A stretch of DNA of 64,000 nt from a virus: the IMG/VR virus record IMGVR_UViG_3300047476_000792, positions 1 through 64,000 of that record, one strand, 5' to 3'. A program made the position numbers and the translations under genes. Numbering within the stretch: the first letter of the stretch is position 1; the number at the start of each line of letters is the position of its first letter. The notes under the pieces are model-generated. The model searched no databases and was not told the DNA's origin. It saw only the letters and a list, made by a program, of their open reading frames with translations. Below are positions 1 through 9,541 of this stretch, piece by piece.

Positions 1-2
1 AA

Positions 3-155
3 AAGTTCATAGACGGTAACACTACTATTTTAGGAAGACTTAAAATTGATACCAAAGATTTTTCTTCAGATGATTACCCCGAAACTATCCTATTCAACGA
101 TGGACAGGGTGGAGAATATACTATATATGAAACATCTTCGAAAGATAAAAAATGA
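3..155 (+). CDS. 3' end of a hypothetical protein running in from the left edge
   Basis: Open frame 3 (KFIDGNTTILGRLK...SKDKK*) ending at TGA 153-155, overlapping the next ATG (ATGA). Confidence 0.6.
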   Translation, partial: KFIDGNTTILGRLKIDTKDFSSDDYPETILFNDGQGGEYTIYETSSKDKK

Positions 156-949
156 GTTATAAACCTACATTACTAATTGAGCCTGATCTTTTCTATGAAG
201 ACGAGATTCAGGATACTAAGTCTATAATGGCTAAATACTTCGAAATCGAGGAGATAGACCCTTCTAGGCTTCAAGTCCCGTCTCTTGTAGGGAAAGAGTT
301 CAGAACGAGCCTTAATATGGCAAGGCGGATGCTTGTGAATACCAAACCGTATGACTGTACTTCATGGGTTCCGCATCTTCGGGAATTTATGATTTTTCCT
401 CACACTCTTCAATTTAATGAATTGGGATTCTTCGATAAGTTTTTCGAAAGTCATGAATATCCTATATTCATTCGCCCTAACAATGGATATAAAACATTTA
501 GTGGACAAGTGTTCTATGCTAAACACGAATTCGATAAAGAATATAAATGGTTAAAACAACAAAACGTAGGAGATGATCTTCTTTGTATGTACAATACAAA
601 TCCTGAAATTATTGCTGACGAGTATCGGTGTGTTTTTATTGATCATAAGTTGGTTGATATGTCCCGTTATATGCAATACGGAGAGAAGAATGTTCTGCAC
701 TATTTTGATGAAGAAATCAAAACTTTTGCAGAAAAAGTTCTCGAAAGATTGCAAGATTCGGGATATATTCTAAATATCCCGAATCTTGTGATAGATGTTG
801 CTAATTTCAAACACTGTGTATTCAAACAACCAGCACTAATCGAAATTAATATGTTCGAAACCGCAAGTTTCTATGCATGTGATTTGGATAAAATATACTC
901 TGCATGGCAACAACAGATTTTTAAATCTAATGAAAACGATACCAACTAA
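152..949 (+). CDS. ATP-grasp domain protein (R2K/DUF4343-like)
   Basis: IFIRPNNGYKTFSGQV, EYRCVFID, VIDVA and LIEINMF motifs of phage ATP-grasp ligases. Confidence 0.75.
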   Translation: MSYKPTLLIEPDLFYEDEIQDTKSIMAKYFEIEEIDPSRLQVPSLVGKEFRTSLNMARRMLVNTKPYDCTSWVPHLREFMIFPHTLQFNELGFFDKFFESHEYPIFIRPNNGYKTFSGQVFYAKHEFDKEYKWLKQQNVGDDLLCMYNTNPEIIADEYRCVFIDHKLVDMSRYMQYGEKNVLHYFDEEIKTFAEKVLERLQDSGYILNIPNLVIDVANFKHCVFKQPALIEINMFETASFYACDLDKIYSAWQQQIFKSNENDTN

Positions 950-1571
950 TATAAACGACAACCCTTGGGGTTACGTATTAAAAAATAATATTCTAGCCTT
1001 TTATACCGGACCATTCTCACAGTGGTTTGGATCATTTAAGAATCAGTCCGCACCATTCACTATTAACTTGGATCAATGTGTAGCTGTATATCCATTCGAA
1101 ACTGATTATTATTTTATTGATACTCAAAGATTCTTTGACTATTATGATACCCCCGACAAACCATATGAATTGAAATTTAATACTGCTGAACAAGCAATGA
1201 TGTTTGGCAAGGCTATCTTGTTTCACGATTACGAAACGGCAGACCAGATCTTATTAACCTCTGATGCCAAAACACAAAAAGAATTAGGACGACAAGTTAA
1301 GAATTATAATGATGAATTATGGCCAAAACGTCGTCTTAAATGGGTCACAAAAGTCAATTATCAAAAGTTCAAGCAAAACCCAGAATTAAAGGATTTCTTG
1401 GTTAATACTTGTAAAAATTATATATTGGTAGAAGCGAGCCCGTATGATAGAATATGGGGTATAGGAACTTCTACAAAAGACGAAGATACATTCAACGTTG
1501 ACGCTTGGAATGGTCAAAATCTTTTAGGAAAAGCGTTGATGCGCGTTAGAGACATGTTAGAAAATGAGTAA
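930..1571 (+). CDS. NADAR family protein (YbiA/DUF1768)
   Basis: FSQW, TAEQAMMFGKA, QKELGRQV, KFKQNPEL, LVEASPYDRIWGIG, GQNLLGKALMRVR; start moved to ATG 930. Confidence 0.92.
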   Translation: MKTIPTNINDNPWGYVLKNNILAFYTGPFSQWFGSFKNQSAPFTINLDQCVAVYPFETDYYFIDTQRFFDYYDTPDKPYELKFNTAEQAMMFGKAILFHDYETADQILLTSDAKTQKELGRQVKNYNDELWPKRRLKWVTKVNYQKFKQNPELKDFLVNTCKNYILVEASPYDRIWGIGTSTKDEDTFNVDAWNGQNLLGKALMRVRDMLENE

Positions 1572-1574
1572 AAT

Positions 1575-1739
1575 ATGAAATTATTAGAAATTATCTGCAA
1601 TTTAATAACGGTGCCCATTAAAATTATTATCGCTCCGCCATTAACGATAATTGCTCTGGTAGGCTTACTCACAGGTTACGAGGAGCCCGCATATATCATG
1701 GGGAAAGTTTTGTTTGAAAGATGGTTCGATTTCGAATGA
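1575..1739 (+). CDS. small hydrophobic (membrane) protein, 54 aa, not in ORF track
   Basis: Hand translation MKLLEIICNLITVPIKIIIAPPLTIIALVGLLTG...WFDFE*; fills the gap between neighbours exactly. Confidence 0.6.
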   Translation: MKLLEIICNLITVPIKIIIAPPLTIIALVGLLTGYEEPAYIMGKVLFERWFDFE

Positions 1740-1740
1740 T

Positions 1741-2262
1741 ATGAACAAGATTTATGCCGGAATTGGAAGTCGCGCCTGCCCTCCTGAAAAACTCCATGAA
1801 TGTATGCTATATGCAATGAAGTTAGCTATTCTAGGCTATACCCTCCGTTCGGGTGGTGCAGAGGGATGCGATCAAGGATTTGAGGTCGGTTGTACTCTAA
1901 ATTATGGTCAAAAAGAAATATATCTGCCTTGGAAAGATTTTAATAAAAATAAATCCCCTTTATATGATGTATGTGATGATGCATTAAAAATGGCGGAGCG
2001 GTTTCACCCTAATTGGAAAAGATTAACGGAACCTGTTCGAAAACTCATGGCACGTAATTGTTATCAAGTTATGGGAAAAGATTTAAAAACTCCTGTCGAT
2101 TTTATTGTCTGTTGGACTGAAAATGCAGAAGTGAAGGGTGGTACTGCACAAGCCCTCCGTATAGCTCAAGAGTATAATATAAGAGTATATAATATTGCCG
2201 ATCCTAGGCAACAGAATGGGCTTGACAGTTTTATATTATGGAGTAGTGTAGAAAATGAATAA
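1741..2262 (+). CDS. SLOG / DprA-like nucleotide-binding protein
   Basis: YAGIGSR, LRSGGAEGCD, ARNCYQVMG, GGTAQALRIA; start moved to ATG 1741. Confidence 0.85.
   Translation: MNKIYAGIGSRACPPEKLHECMLYAMKLAILGYTLRSGGAEGCDQGFEVGCTLNYGQKEIYLPWKDFNKNKSPLYDVCDDALKMAERFHPNWKRLTEPVRKLMARNCYQVMGKDLKTPVDFIVCWTENAEVKGGTAQALRIAQEYNIRVYNIADPRQQNGLDSFILWSSVENE
2222..2249 (+). promoter_or_regulatory. sigma70-type early promoter
   Basis: TTGACA-16 nt-TAGTGT, 5 nt before ATG 2255. Confidence 0.55.
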
Positions 2263-3289
2263 TTTATTATTAACCCGTGACGATTTTAGAGAAGGTGTCT
2301 TTCGTAGGGATGATCATACCTGTGTGATGTGCGGCAATCCAGCCCAAGATGCCCACCATATTTTGGAGCGAAGACTTTTTCCTGATGGCGGTTACTACAT
2401 CGACAATGGCGCTTCATTATGTGCTAATTGTCACCTGAAAGCAGAAACAACAGAAATTTCTGTGGAAGAAATTCGTGAAAAATTAGGAATCAAAAAGAAA
2501 GTTCTTCCCCCTCATTTTTATACTGATGTAGTATATACTAAATGGGGTGATACTATTATGTCTAATGGGAGACGTACTCCGGGTGAATTATTTCATGATG
2601 AAAGCGTTCAAAAGATTTTAAAAGCAGGTAACATGCTGGACCGATATACCCAATATGTTAAGTACCCAAGGACGTACCACGTTCCTTGGAGTGGTTACAT
2701 GGGCGAAGATGACCGTATCCAACGTGATATGTCTATTTTCAACAATGAAATAGTCGTCACATCCAAATTAGATGGTGAGAATACTACAATGTATAATGAT
2801 TATATTCATGCTCGTAGTGTGGACGGAAATAGCCATTGGACTCAATCTTGGGTAAAACAATTACATTCTACTATTGCATTTGACATCCCACCTCATTGGC
2901 GAATCTGCGGTGAAAATATGTTCGCAAAACATTCTATAAAATATGATAATCTTAAATCGTATTTTTATGTGTTCAGTATCTGGAATGAGAAGAATATTTG
3001 TCTGTCTTGGGATGACACCCTTGAATGGGCCGAATTATTAGGTTTACAAACAGTTCCGGTTCTTTACCGAGGGACATGGAAAGATAAACCTGAAAAACTT
3101 CATGAGCATATATGGGAGAAAAAGATTGACGAAAGCAAGAATGAAGGCTATGTTATACGAAACGCAGGAGAATTCTCTTATGGTCAATTCCGAACAAATA
3201 CAATGAAGTATGTTCGTAAAAACCATGTAACAACTTCCTCACATTGGAAATTTGAAAAAATAGAACAGAACGAACTAAATTATGAGTGA
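2255..3289 (+). CDS. HNH nuclease-like domain fused to ATP-dependent RNA ligase
   Basis: N-term CVMC..DAHHI..NGASLCANCH; C-term KYPRTYH, motif I KLDGEN, ICGEN, EGYVIR, KYVRKNH. Confidence 0.85.
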   Translation: MNNLLLTRDDFREGVFRRDDHTCVMCGNPAQDAHHILERRLFPDGGYYIDNGASLCANCHLKAETTEISVEEIREKLGIKKKVLPPHFYTDVVYTKWGDTIMSNGRRTPGELFHDESVQKILKAGNMLDRYTQYVKYPRTYHVPWSGYMGEDDRIQRDMSIFNNEIVVTSKLDGENTTMYNDYIHARSVDGNSHWTQSWVKQLHSTIAFDIPPHWRICGENMFAKHSIKYDNLKSYFYVFSIWNEKNICLSWDDTLEWAELLGLQTVPVLYRGTWKDKPEKLHEHIWEKKIDESKNEGYVIRNAGEFSYGQFRTNTMKYVRKNHVTTSSHWKFEKIEQNELNYE

Positions 3290-3572
3290 AGTAATATATG
3301 TGTGTCAGTACTGTGAGAATTCTTGGCCTAGCACTGATAAATGGTACTGTCAATTTTGTGGGACTCCTTATCGAGTAACAAAAACTATTGAAAATAAAGA
3401 TAATATGAATAAAGAATTAAACGGAACCTGGAAACAATTCAAATCATCCATTAACGATGAACAAACAATTGCTCTCTTAAAAAAAATAGACGAAAAAGCT
3501 ACAGAAAATTTAAACAATGCATCTAGAAACTCAACCGTAAAAATTATGAAAAAGAATAAACTAATTCCGTAA
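3282..3572 (+). CDS. small zinc-ribbon protein
   Basis: CQYC...CQFC pair. Confidence 0.6.
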   Translation: MSEVIYVCQYCENSWPSTDKWYCQFCGTPYRVTKTIENKDNMNKELNGTWKQFKSSINDEQTIALLKKIDEKATENLNNASRNSTVKIMKKNKLIP

Positions 3573-4445
3573 TAATTTATTTCTAAATTCTACAACAACA
3601 TCATTAGCCTCCTCTTCAGTATTAAATCGTCCCAGAAAATGACTTTTTTTAGAAACCTGAACGATTGCAACCCACTTATTTTGAGAAGTGTCAAAACTCA
3701 CTCCTCTATATTTTGAAGTCTTTTTAATGGTTGATTTAGCCCTAGCATCTAATATACAATATATATCATATTTTCTCTCAAGCCTTATTCCCTCAGAATT
3801 ATTATATAAATAATCGCCTAATATTTTAATATCATGGCAATTTCGTATAGTCAATGCGGAATATCCGCTATTTTCTTTATCCACATAGACTGTTCGTATC
3901 TTATATCCAACTATGCCAAGACGAACCATCAGAGCCTCTATATCACACCAATCATATCCCCTACTAGCAGTTATACTAAAAAAGCTGACGCTTTTCCCCT
4001 TTATCGAGAAACACCCATCAGCATCAACCAGTCCTCTCCAAAAGTGTGAATGGTATTGTTCTGGGATATTTGACAGAACCATACTGGGTGATATTCGACT
4101 TTTATCAAGATAACCTAAATTAAATAGCCAATTACCTATTGACTTATCAAACATAATGGCATATAGTGCTGGCCCATCACGAATAACTCTTCCATATTTA
4201 TTTGTATGTGTTTTAGGCTTTATTTCGTGACATATCCACGGTTTTTCAATAGAAAAATTCTTCATTAATTCGAAAAAGTAATAAAAATCCTCTGCATTAT
4301 TATTAAAATATGGATAATATATTTTATGAAATTTCATCTTATGCGCTTTTAAACACCCGTCGCCCCATAAAAAACCCAAACAATATGCTATAATCTCAGG
4401 ATTAGAGAAAGAATTAAAAGTAATATTTGTATTAGCCTTGACCAT
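3561..4445 (-). mobile_element. free-standing LAGLIDADG homing endonuclease with C-terminal AP2 DNA-binding domain
   Basis: AYCLGFLWGDG and FWRGLVDADG motifs; C-term SKYRGVSF..KWVA..LGRFNTEEEA; opposite strand to neighbours. Confidence 0.85.
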
Positions 4446-4451
4446 AGTAAG

Positions 4452-4457
4452 TATTTA
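4452..4457 (-). promoter_or_regulatory. late-type promoter TAAATA
   Basis: TAAATA 6 nt upstream of ATG 4445; same motif and spacing recur at other minus-strand genes. Confidence 0.6.
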
Positions 4458-4462
4458 CATAA

Positions 4463-4942
4463 ATGAACAACAAAACAGAAAAAAAATTATATATCCTACA
4501 AGGAATAACAGGGAGTGGTAAAACAACCAAAGCTCATACCTTAACAGATTCCGCGTATATATGCGAAGCGGACCAATATTGGTTAAATTGCGCGGGGGAT
4601 TATTTATTCGTTCCCTCAAAATTAGGCTGCGCACATAAATGGTGTCAAGATAAAGTGCGTCGTTTTATGTCCGAAGATATAAAAACTATCGTATGTTCAA
4701 ATACCAATCTTACGCCTAAAGAACGTAAACCGTATATCGACCTTGCAAAGGAGTATGATTATGATGTAGAACTTGTTCTGCCTGATTCTCCTTGGTTCCT
4801 GGATGTTCTTCCCCGTCTTCGTAATAAAACATTTACTGATGATGATGTATGGACGTTTGTACGGAAAAATACTCACGGGGTTCCTTTCGATTCTGTTAAG
4901 AAAATGATGGAACGCTGGGATGAAACTTTTAATATAGAATGA
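4463..4942 (+). CDS. P-loop kinase (AAA_33 / polynucleotide-kinase-like)
   Basis: GITGSGKTT, EADQYW, AHKWCQ, SNTNL, RKNTHGVP. Confidence 0.8.
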   Translation: MNNKTEKKLYILQGITGSGKTTKAHTLTDSAYICEADQYWLNCAGDYLFVPSKLGCAHKWCQDKVRRFMSEDIKTIVCSNTNLTPKERKPYIDLAKEYDYDVELVLPDSPWFLDVLPRLRNKTFTDDDVWTFVRKNTHGVPFDSVKKMMERWDETFNIE

Positions 4943-5115
4943 AATATCAACCCCCTTTCAACCTAGAGATTTATGAACTAGGTGGGTGGCATAGCATAGA
5001 TGTTATACAAGAATTAGAGGATGCACTTTATATTGCATCCTCTTTTTGTAATAGTCTTGAAGGTTTACCAGAAGAAAGGGTTCGACTAATAGATAACAAT
5101 AATAAAGTTATCTAA
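4939..5115 (+). CDS. hypothetical protein, 58 aa, not in ORF track
   Basis: ATGA overlap with upstream stop; MKYQPPFNLEIYELGGW...NNKVI*. Confidence 0.55.
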   Translation: MKYQPPFNLEIYELGGWHSIDVIQELEDALYIASSFCNSLEGLPEERVRLIDNNNKVI

Positions 5116-5654
5116 ACAGTCCAAATCACTTTCTCAGAGTAGGGATTGGAAAATATAAATTTATTAGAAGTAAAGGATTTTCCGATTAAATCGGTTTCCA
5201 GATTTGTATAATATTTTCCAGTTCCTTTTTTTGCATAAAAAATTGTCGTATGTGGTTGGTAGTTCGGATAGGAGTTTCCAGGACAATCTAGTTCGGTTTT
5301 CACTTCTTGATGTAAATCGTGCAAATCCTTAGAAAGTATATCAAACTTCACAACATCAAATTTCTCATTTTCGAATAAAGAGATACCCTTAAATTTAAAT
5401 CTGCAAGGTCGTAAATTTATTGCATTATAGACATCATGCGGTTTATAACTCGGATCGATACCGTAGATCACAGTTCCATGTGTTTCCAATTCGATACCGT
5501 GTCCTGGTTCGTCGTCATATACATCACACGGACATATGGCTTCGTGAAGCTCTGTCATCTCTTCCGATAAGAAAGACATGTCTAGCATGAGGCATGACCA
5601 ACTTCTTATTGCAGAACCCTCTTCTATTATTTTATATAGTTCATCTAATTTCAT
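5112..5654 (-). CDS. 2H phosphoesterase, T4 gp57B/Acb1-like (candidate anti-CBASS nuclease)
   Basis: Two HxT motifs (ETHGTVIYG, YQPHTTIFY) with Acb1-like context and size. Confidence 0.75.
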   Translation of the reverse strand: MKLDELYKIIEEGSAIRSWSCLMLDMSFLSEEMTELHEAICPCDVYDDEPGHGIELETHGTVIYGIDPSYKPHDVYNAINLRPCRFKFKGISLFENEKFDVVKFDILSKDLHDLHQEVKTELDCPGNSYPNYQPHTTIFYAKKGTGKYYTNLETDLIGKSFTSNKFIFSNPYSEKVIWTV

Positions 5655-6874
5655 TGTATAATTCTTTTCATTTCTATAACATCTTCGGGTGGTATGCGAA
5701 TTTCCCGCTCGGCTACGAGGAATTCGGAAGCATTCGTAGTTTTTATACGAGCTTCTACAATTCCTATATCACTGTAATCTATCTTAGAAAGCTTTTCAAC
5801 CCACTTATCTCCTTGTGTGTCCATAAACACAGGGTTTCGATAGACTGGAGAATCCATATACCACAGTGCAGTTAAATAAAACTCAATAGCATCTGCGGAA
5901 CTTTTCGGAGGAAACTCGCTACCCTTACGCCTTTTATACTGTTTTACAGTATTCTCAAAATTCGACGTTTCAGTGTTAGCAGAATACTTTTTAATATAAT
6001 CTATGAGTTTATCCATTCTATATTTTCCATTCGCAATAAGCCACATATGCTTCAGTGCAATCATTATCGATTGGCAAATATGTAAAGACAGAGAGAAGCT
6101 TATATCTCCTTTATAAGATGCTCCACCCAAGCCTCCTTTATCCGTTTTTGTATATTCTTTTTGAAAACCATTTTGAAATATATTTTTTATATCTATAGAT
6201 GCATGGTAGGCAATTTCTTCTTCTTGTAGATCTTCGGGGCGGAAGTTTCTTGAATCGTAATATTCACCTCTATTCCATTTGGTTAGAGTATTTATACGTT
6301 CTACGAATTCCTTAACCTCTTCTGTTTTATTTACTACTTCCTTTATTATAGCGAATATAGGAAGGAGACGATCCAATTCTTCAGCAGTAAATCCATAACC
6401 AACAGCACGATTCTCAAATTCAGTTATATTGTTTATTATATTTCTTAATGAATAGTTACTTTTTTCTTTGTCCAATACATCTATTATATCTCTTAGGATA
6501 TTCGGTATATATTCCGATATAAGCCTATATCTAAAATTTCCATCAGTAGATTCTCTAGCCATCTTTAGATAATTATCATAGTTAGCAAGCTCTTTACTGA
6601 ATACCGTTCTATATATATTATCTTCGAACATTCTGTTATGAAGTTCCTTGACAGACTTTATAAAATATGAATCAATATCCAATGCATCGATATCATTAGA
6701 AATAAAATCTTCTTCTTGGAGAATCTTCTGTATGAATTGTTGAGTCAATGCGCCTATCTCTTTAAGCTTCTTACTAATAATATTAAATCCATTTTCATAT
6801 GATTCAGCCGGAAGTTTGGCCTCTTTTATGATATCCAAACGAATCAATGATTGTAATAATTCTTGTAGTTTCAT
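5651..6874 (-). CDS. protein with C-terminal ADP-ribosyltransferase-like domain
   Basis: AYHAS..I.QNGF, GGLGG..ISFS, terminal EREIRIPP (ExE) pattern typical of ART folds. Confidence 0.55.
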   Translation of the reverse strand: MKLQELLQSLIRLDIIKEAKLPAESYENGFNIISKKLKEIGALTQQFIQKILQEEDFISNDIDALDIDSYFIKSVKELHNRMFEDNIYRTVFSKELANYDNYLKMARESTDGNFRYRLISEYIPNILRDIIDVLDKEKSNYSLRNIINNITEFENRAVGYGFTAEELDRLLPIFAIIKEVVNKTEEVKEFVERINTLTKWNRGEYYDSRNFRPEDLQEEEIAYHASIDIKNIFQNGFQKEYTKTDKGGLGGASYKGDISFSLSLHICQSIMIALKHMWLIANGKYRMDKLIDYIKKYSANTETSNFENTVKQYKRRKGSEFPPKSSADAIEFYLTALWYMDSPVYRNPVFMDTQGDKWVEKLSKIDYSDIGIVEARIKTTNASEFLVAEREIRIPPEDVIEMKRIIQ

Positions 6875-7263
6875 AAAATCTCTTCTTCTACGGATATATA
6901 CTCTGGTGGTATGGCTTTGAATGCTACATAACTAAATCCATCGAATACTATATTATATATATTCATACTATTCACAGGAATAGCCACCTTTAACATAGTT
7001 AGCGACTCATCTTCATCATATTCATCTCCTAACCAGTTCATAAGTGCATCCTCTGCCGTATCTTTATCCTCGAAAAGATATATAGCATCTCGGTCTTCTC
7101 CTATTTTGTTGGAACGCTCCCCTATTGCTGGAACCAGCCCCTTTCTCATAATACTTGGAAGATTTTCATGTCTAGTTATATGAAAAAACTCCATTTTATC
7201 TATGGTTTCTTCCTTTATAGTTATCGGTATATTGATTAAATCAAACAGTTCTTGTAGTTTCAT
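6871..7263 (-). CDS. Tpt1/KptA-like ART-fold protein
   Basis: FFHITRHENLPSIMRKGL, IYLF, terminal IPPEYI. Confidence 0.7.
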   Translation of the reverse strand: MKLQELFDLINIPITIKEETIDKMEFFHITRHENLPSIMRKGLVPAIGERSNKIGEDRDAIYLFEDKDTAEDALMNWLGDEYDEDESLTMLKVAIPVNSMNIYNIVFDGFSYVAFKAIPPEYISVEEEIL

Positions 7264-7265
7264 AA

Positions 7266-8099
7266 TTATCCCCCACTTGCAAATATTCTTGCATTATTTT
7301 CCATACGGGATGCAACTCCGCTTTTAGCTTTTTTAGCTTTTTCGTATTCCTTATTCGCAAGGTATTCTTTTGCTGCCTCTGGGAATTTACGACTCTTTAG
7401 CAAGAGTCGTGCCTTCGGAGAACCTGATAAATCCCCTCGGAAATAACCATCAAGAATAGCTATTTTCATATTTTTAGAAAATTTATTAAAATCTGCACCG
7501 AAATGTCTCTGGATAAGTGCTAATTTATTCTTTATATCGACCCTAAATATATCTTCTATTTCAGAATCAGTTAAGGTTTTTCCTTCAAACTTCTCCACTT
7601 CTTCAGGCTTTACGAGATGGCCAATGCCTATAGTTAAATTACCATATATATCTTTGTACATGGTATTATAGACACCTTCATGCTTCTTTATATATTTAAA
7701 GGCATCGCTGATAAAATCATCCGTTTTTATTTTTTCTGGATATTTTATAGTAGATAAATCTTGAATAAATTTATCTGTCAAAGGTGTTTCTTGTTTGGTT
7801 GCCGCTTTTGGAAACTCTATTTTACTAATTTGTTTAATAAGAGCATCCACCAATGGCGTAGCCATCTTCTTCGGAACCTCTTGTTGAATCGCTTGTAAGG
7901 TCTGTGGAGGAGTCTCTTTAGCCTTCTGTGTTACTATCTCTCGGAGCTTCGGTATTGTATAGTTATAATGCGTCACACCTAGCAAAAGAGCCATTGCAAT
8001 AAGACTTCTAGGATTCTGTAGATAACTTAAAACCGACTCTTCTATAATATCTGAATCACTCATATCAGTTAGTATATTATAAAGCTCATTAAATTTCAT
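7266..8099 (-). CDS. phage lysozyme (GH24-like) with N-terminal extension
   Basis: IKKHEG..MYKDIYGNLTIGIGHL catalytic region; start moved to ATG 8099 (5 nt after TAAATA). Confidence 0.85.
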   Translation of the reverse strand: MKFNELYNILTDMSDSDIIEESVLSYLQNPRSLIAMALLLGVTHYNYTIPKLREIVTQKAKETPPQTLQAIQQEVPKKMATPLVDALIKQISKIEFPKAATKQETPLTDKFIQDLSTIKYPEKIKTDDFISDAFKYIKKHEGVYNTMYKDIYGNLTIGIGHLVKPEEVEKFEGKTLTDSEIEDIFRVDIKNKLALIQRHFGADFNKFSKNMKIAILDGYFRGDLSGSPKARLLLKSRKFPEAAKEYLANKEYEKAKKAKSGVASRMENNARIFASGG

Positions 8100-8104
8100 A
8101 ATAC

Positions 8105-8135
8105 TATTTACAAACAAAAAAGACATAACTAAATA
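8105..8135. promoter_or_regulatory. divergent pair of late-type TAAATA promoters
   Basis: Minus-strand TAAATA 8110-8105 before ATG 8099; plus-strand TAAATA 8130-8135 before ATG 8144. Confidence 0.6.
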
Positions 8136-8143
8136 ACATAGTT

Positions 8144-8365
8144 ATGTCTTTTCTACCTCGTTCTGTTCTTTATTTCAGTCTAGCAATTGTCGCATCTGTA
8201 TGGATACATGGCTGTTGGTCTGTTGTAAATCATTCCATTGATAAATATCCCCTAGAAGTTAAACCAAAATCTAATCCTGGTCTTTTTCTATTTCCATCAA
8301 CTCCGAATCTTCTACCACAGCAGAATTTTCAAAAGAACTTATCCTACTCAGTGGATCGGGAGTAA
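8144..8365 (+). CDS. small membrane protein
   Basis: N-terminal hydrophobic helix; TAAATA 8 nt upstream; 3' end overlaps the convergent gene. Confidence 0.45.
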   Translation: MSFLPRSVLYFSLAIVASVWIHGCWSVVNHSIDKYPLEVKPKSNPGLFLFPSTPNLLPQQNFQKNLSYSVDRE

Positions 8366-9068
8366 CATCCACAAGTTCATTGATGTCGAAACATCTGAAC
8401 CATGTTCCGTTGATGTATGTAGATGTAGATACGTGAAAGTGTCCGTGCCATAAAATAGATGGATTTATATGGTTATATAGAAGACTTATATTTTTCCGCT
8501 CTTTTATTAAATCTTCTCTCAATGCAGGATCATTCTTCAGATACCATGCAATATTAGAGAATCCGTCATTTGGTGGTGCTTCAGTTGGGCAGGAATGTGT
8601 TACAAGTATATCAGCTTGTGGTAGTGTTTCATAGTCATCTCGAAGAATGAACGTTTCGTCCACCCAATAATCCTGATTTACATCCCGCCGAGTCCTGTCA
8701 ATAGAAGTAGCACCTCCGACAAATAATACAACCTTACCATTTATTTCATAGTAGGTGTAATCGGGAACAAATGTAATTCTTTTGTATTTCGCAGTCCAAT
8801 GATTTGGTTTATAAAAAGATGGATTAGAATGATTCCCTCTTACTATTAAAATATCTCCATCGTTCTCTTCACAGTATTTCTCTAAACAATCTAGATCAAA
8901 TTCATCTATAAATCGCTGATTAAATCCTTCTCCCGCATCACCACAATGAATAAGAACAAAATCTTTTAAATTATAATGCTTTATCAAACTCTCGAAATCG
9001 AGAGAATGGGTGTCTCCGAGAGCGTAAACATTCTTTTTGTTATACTGTTTGATATTATTTAAATGCAT
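8271..9068 (-). CDS. calcineurin-like metallophosphoesterase
   Basis: GDTH, CGD, RGNH, GGATSID, LVTH, HGHFH. Confidence 0.9.
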   Translation of the reverse strand: MHLNNIKQYNKKNVYALGDTHSLDFESLIKHYNLKDFVLIHCGDAGEGFNQRFIDEFDLDCLEKYCEENDGDILIVRGNHSNPSFYKPNHWTAKYKRITFVPDYTYYEINGKVVLFVGGATSIDRTRRDVNQDYWVDETFILRDDYETLPQADILVTHSCPTEAPPNDGFSNIAWYLKNDPALREDLIKERKNISLLYNHINPSILWHGHFHVSTSTYINGTWFRCFDINELVDVTPDPLSRISSFENSAVVEDSELMEIEKDQD

Positions 9069-9540
9069 CTTTCTGCCTTTTAACTGTCTCTTCCTCAGAC
9101 TCCCATATATGTAACGGCGAGTTCTGATAGAACTTTACATCGGCTTCTTTTTTCTGCAACACCTTTTTTAAAAAGTCTTGCATATTCTGCCCCTTTTCGG
9201 TGATCATCGGAGTATTAATGATAAGTTCTTGAAGAACTTCGTAAATATTATAACGTTTCCAAAACATGTCATGAAAACGCTCATTAGTTTCTTTTTCAGT
9301 AACTATTGCCTTCTTCTCTTTGACAATATCTATTAGTCTTCCGGTGTCATAATCACCTTCCCATTTAAAACGAGTCAGATTAATTTCATCATCATCAAAT
9401 CCTAAATCTTTAAGTTTAAACTCTTTAATCAAAAGACTCTTACGTATTTGTTCGGGAATTTGAGATACATCCGTCATGAATGCGGTCATCTGCTTTGATA
9501 CTTTATTGAAAAGTATATAAATTTTATAGTCCTCTTCCAT
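9055..9540 (-). CDS. hypothetical protein
   Basis: 161-aa ORF tightly packed in operon. Confidence 0.7.
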   Translation of the reverse strand: MEEDYKIYILFNKVSKQMTAFMTDVSQIPEQIRKSLLIKEFKLKDLGFDDDEINLTRFKWEGDYDTGRLIDIVKEKKAIVTEKETNERFHDMFWKRYNIYEVLQELIINTPMITEKGQNMQDFLKKVLQKKEADVKFYQNSPLHIWESEEETVKRQKDAFK

Positions 9541-9541
9541 A

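Noticed and set aside
3561-4445. LAGLIDADG ORF as part of a group I intron or intein (also 45386-46294)
   Set aside because: Opposite strand to complete flanking genes, own promoter, and no room for intron core sequence
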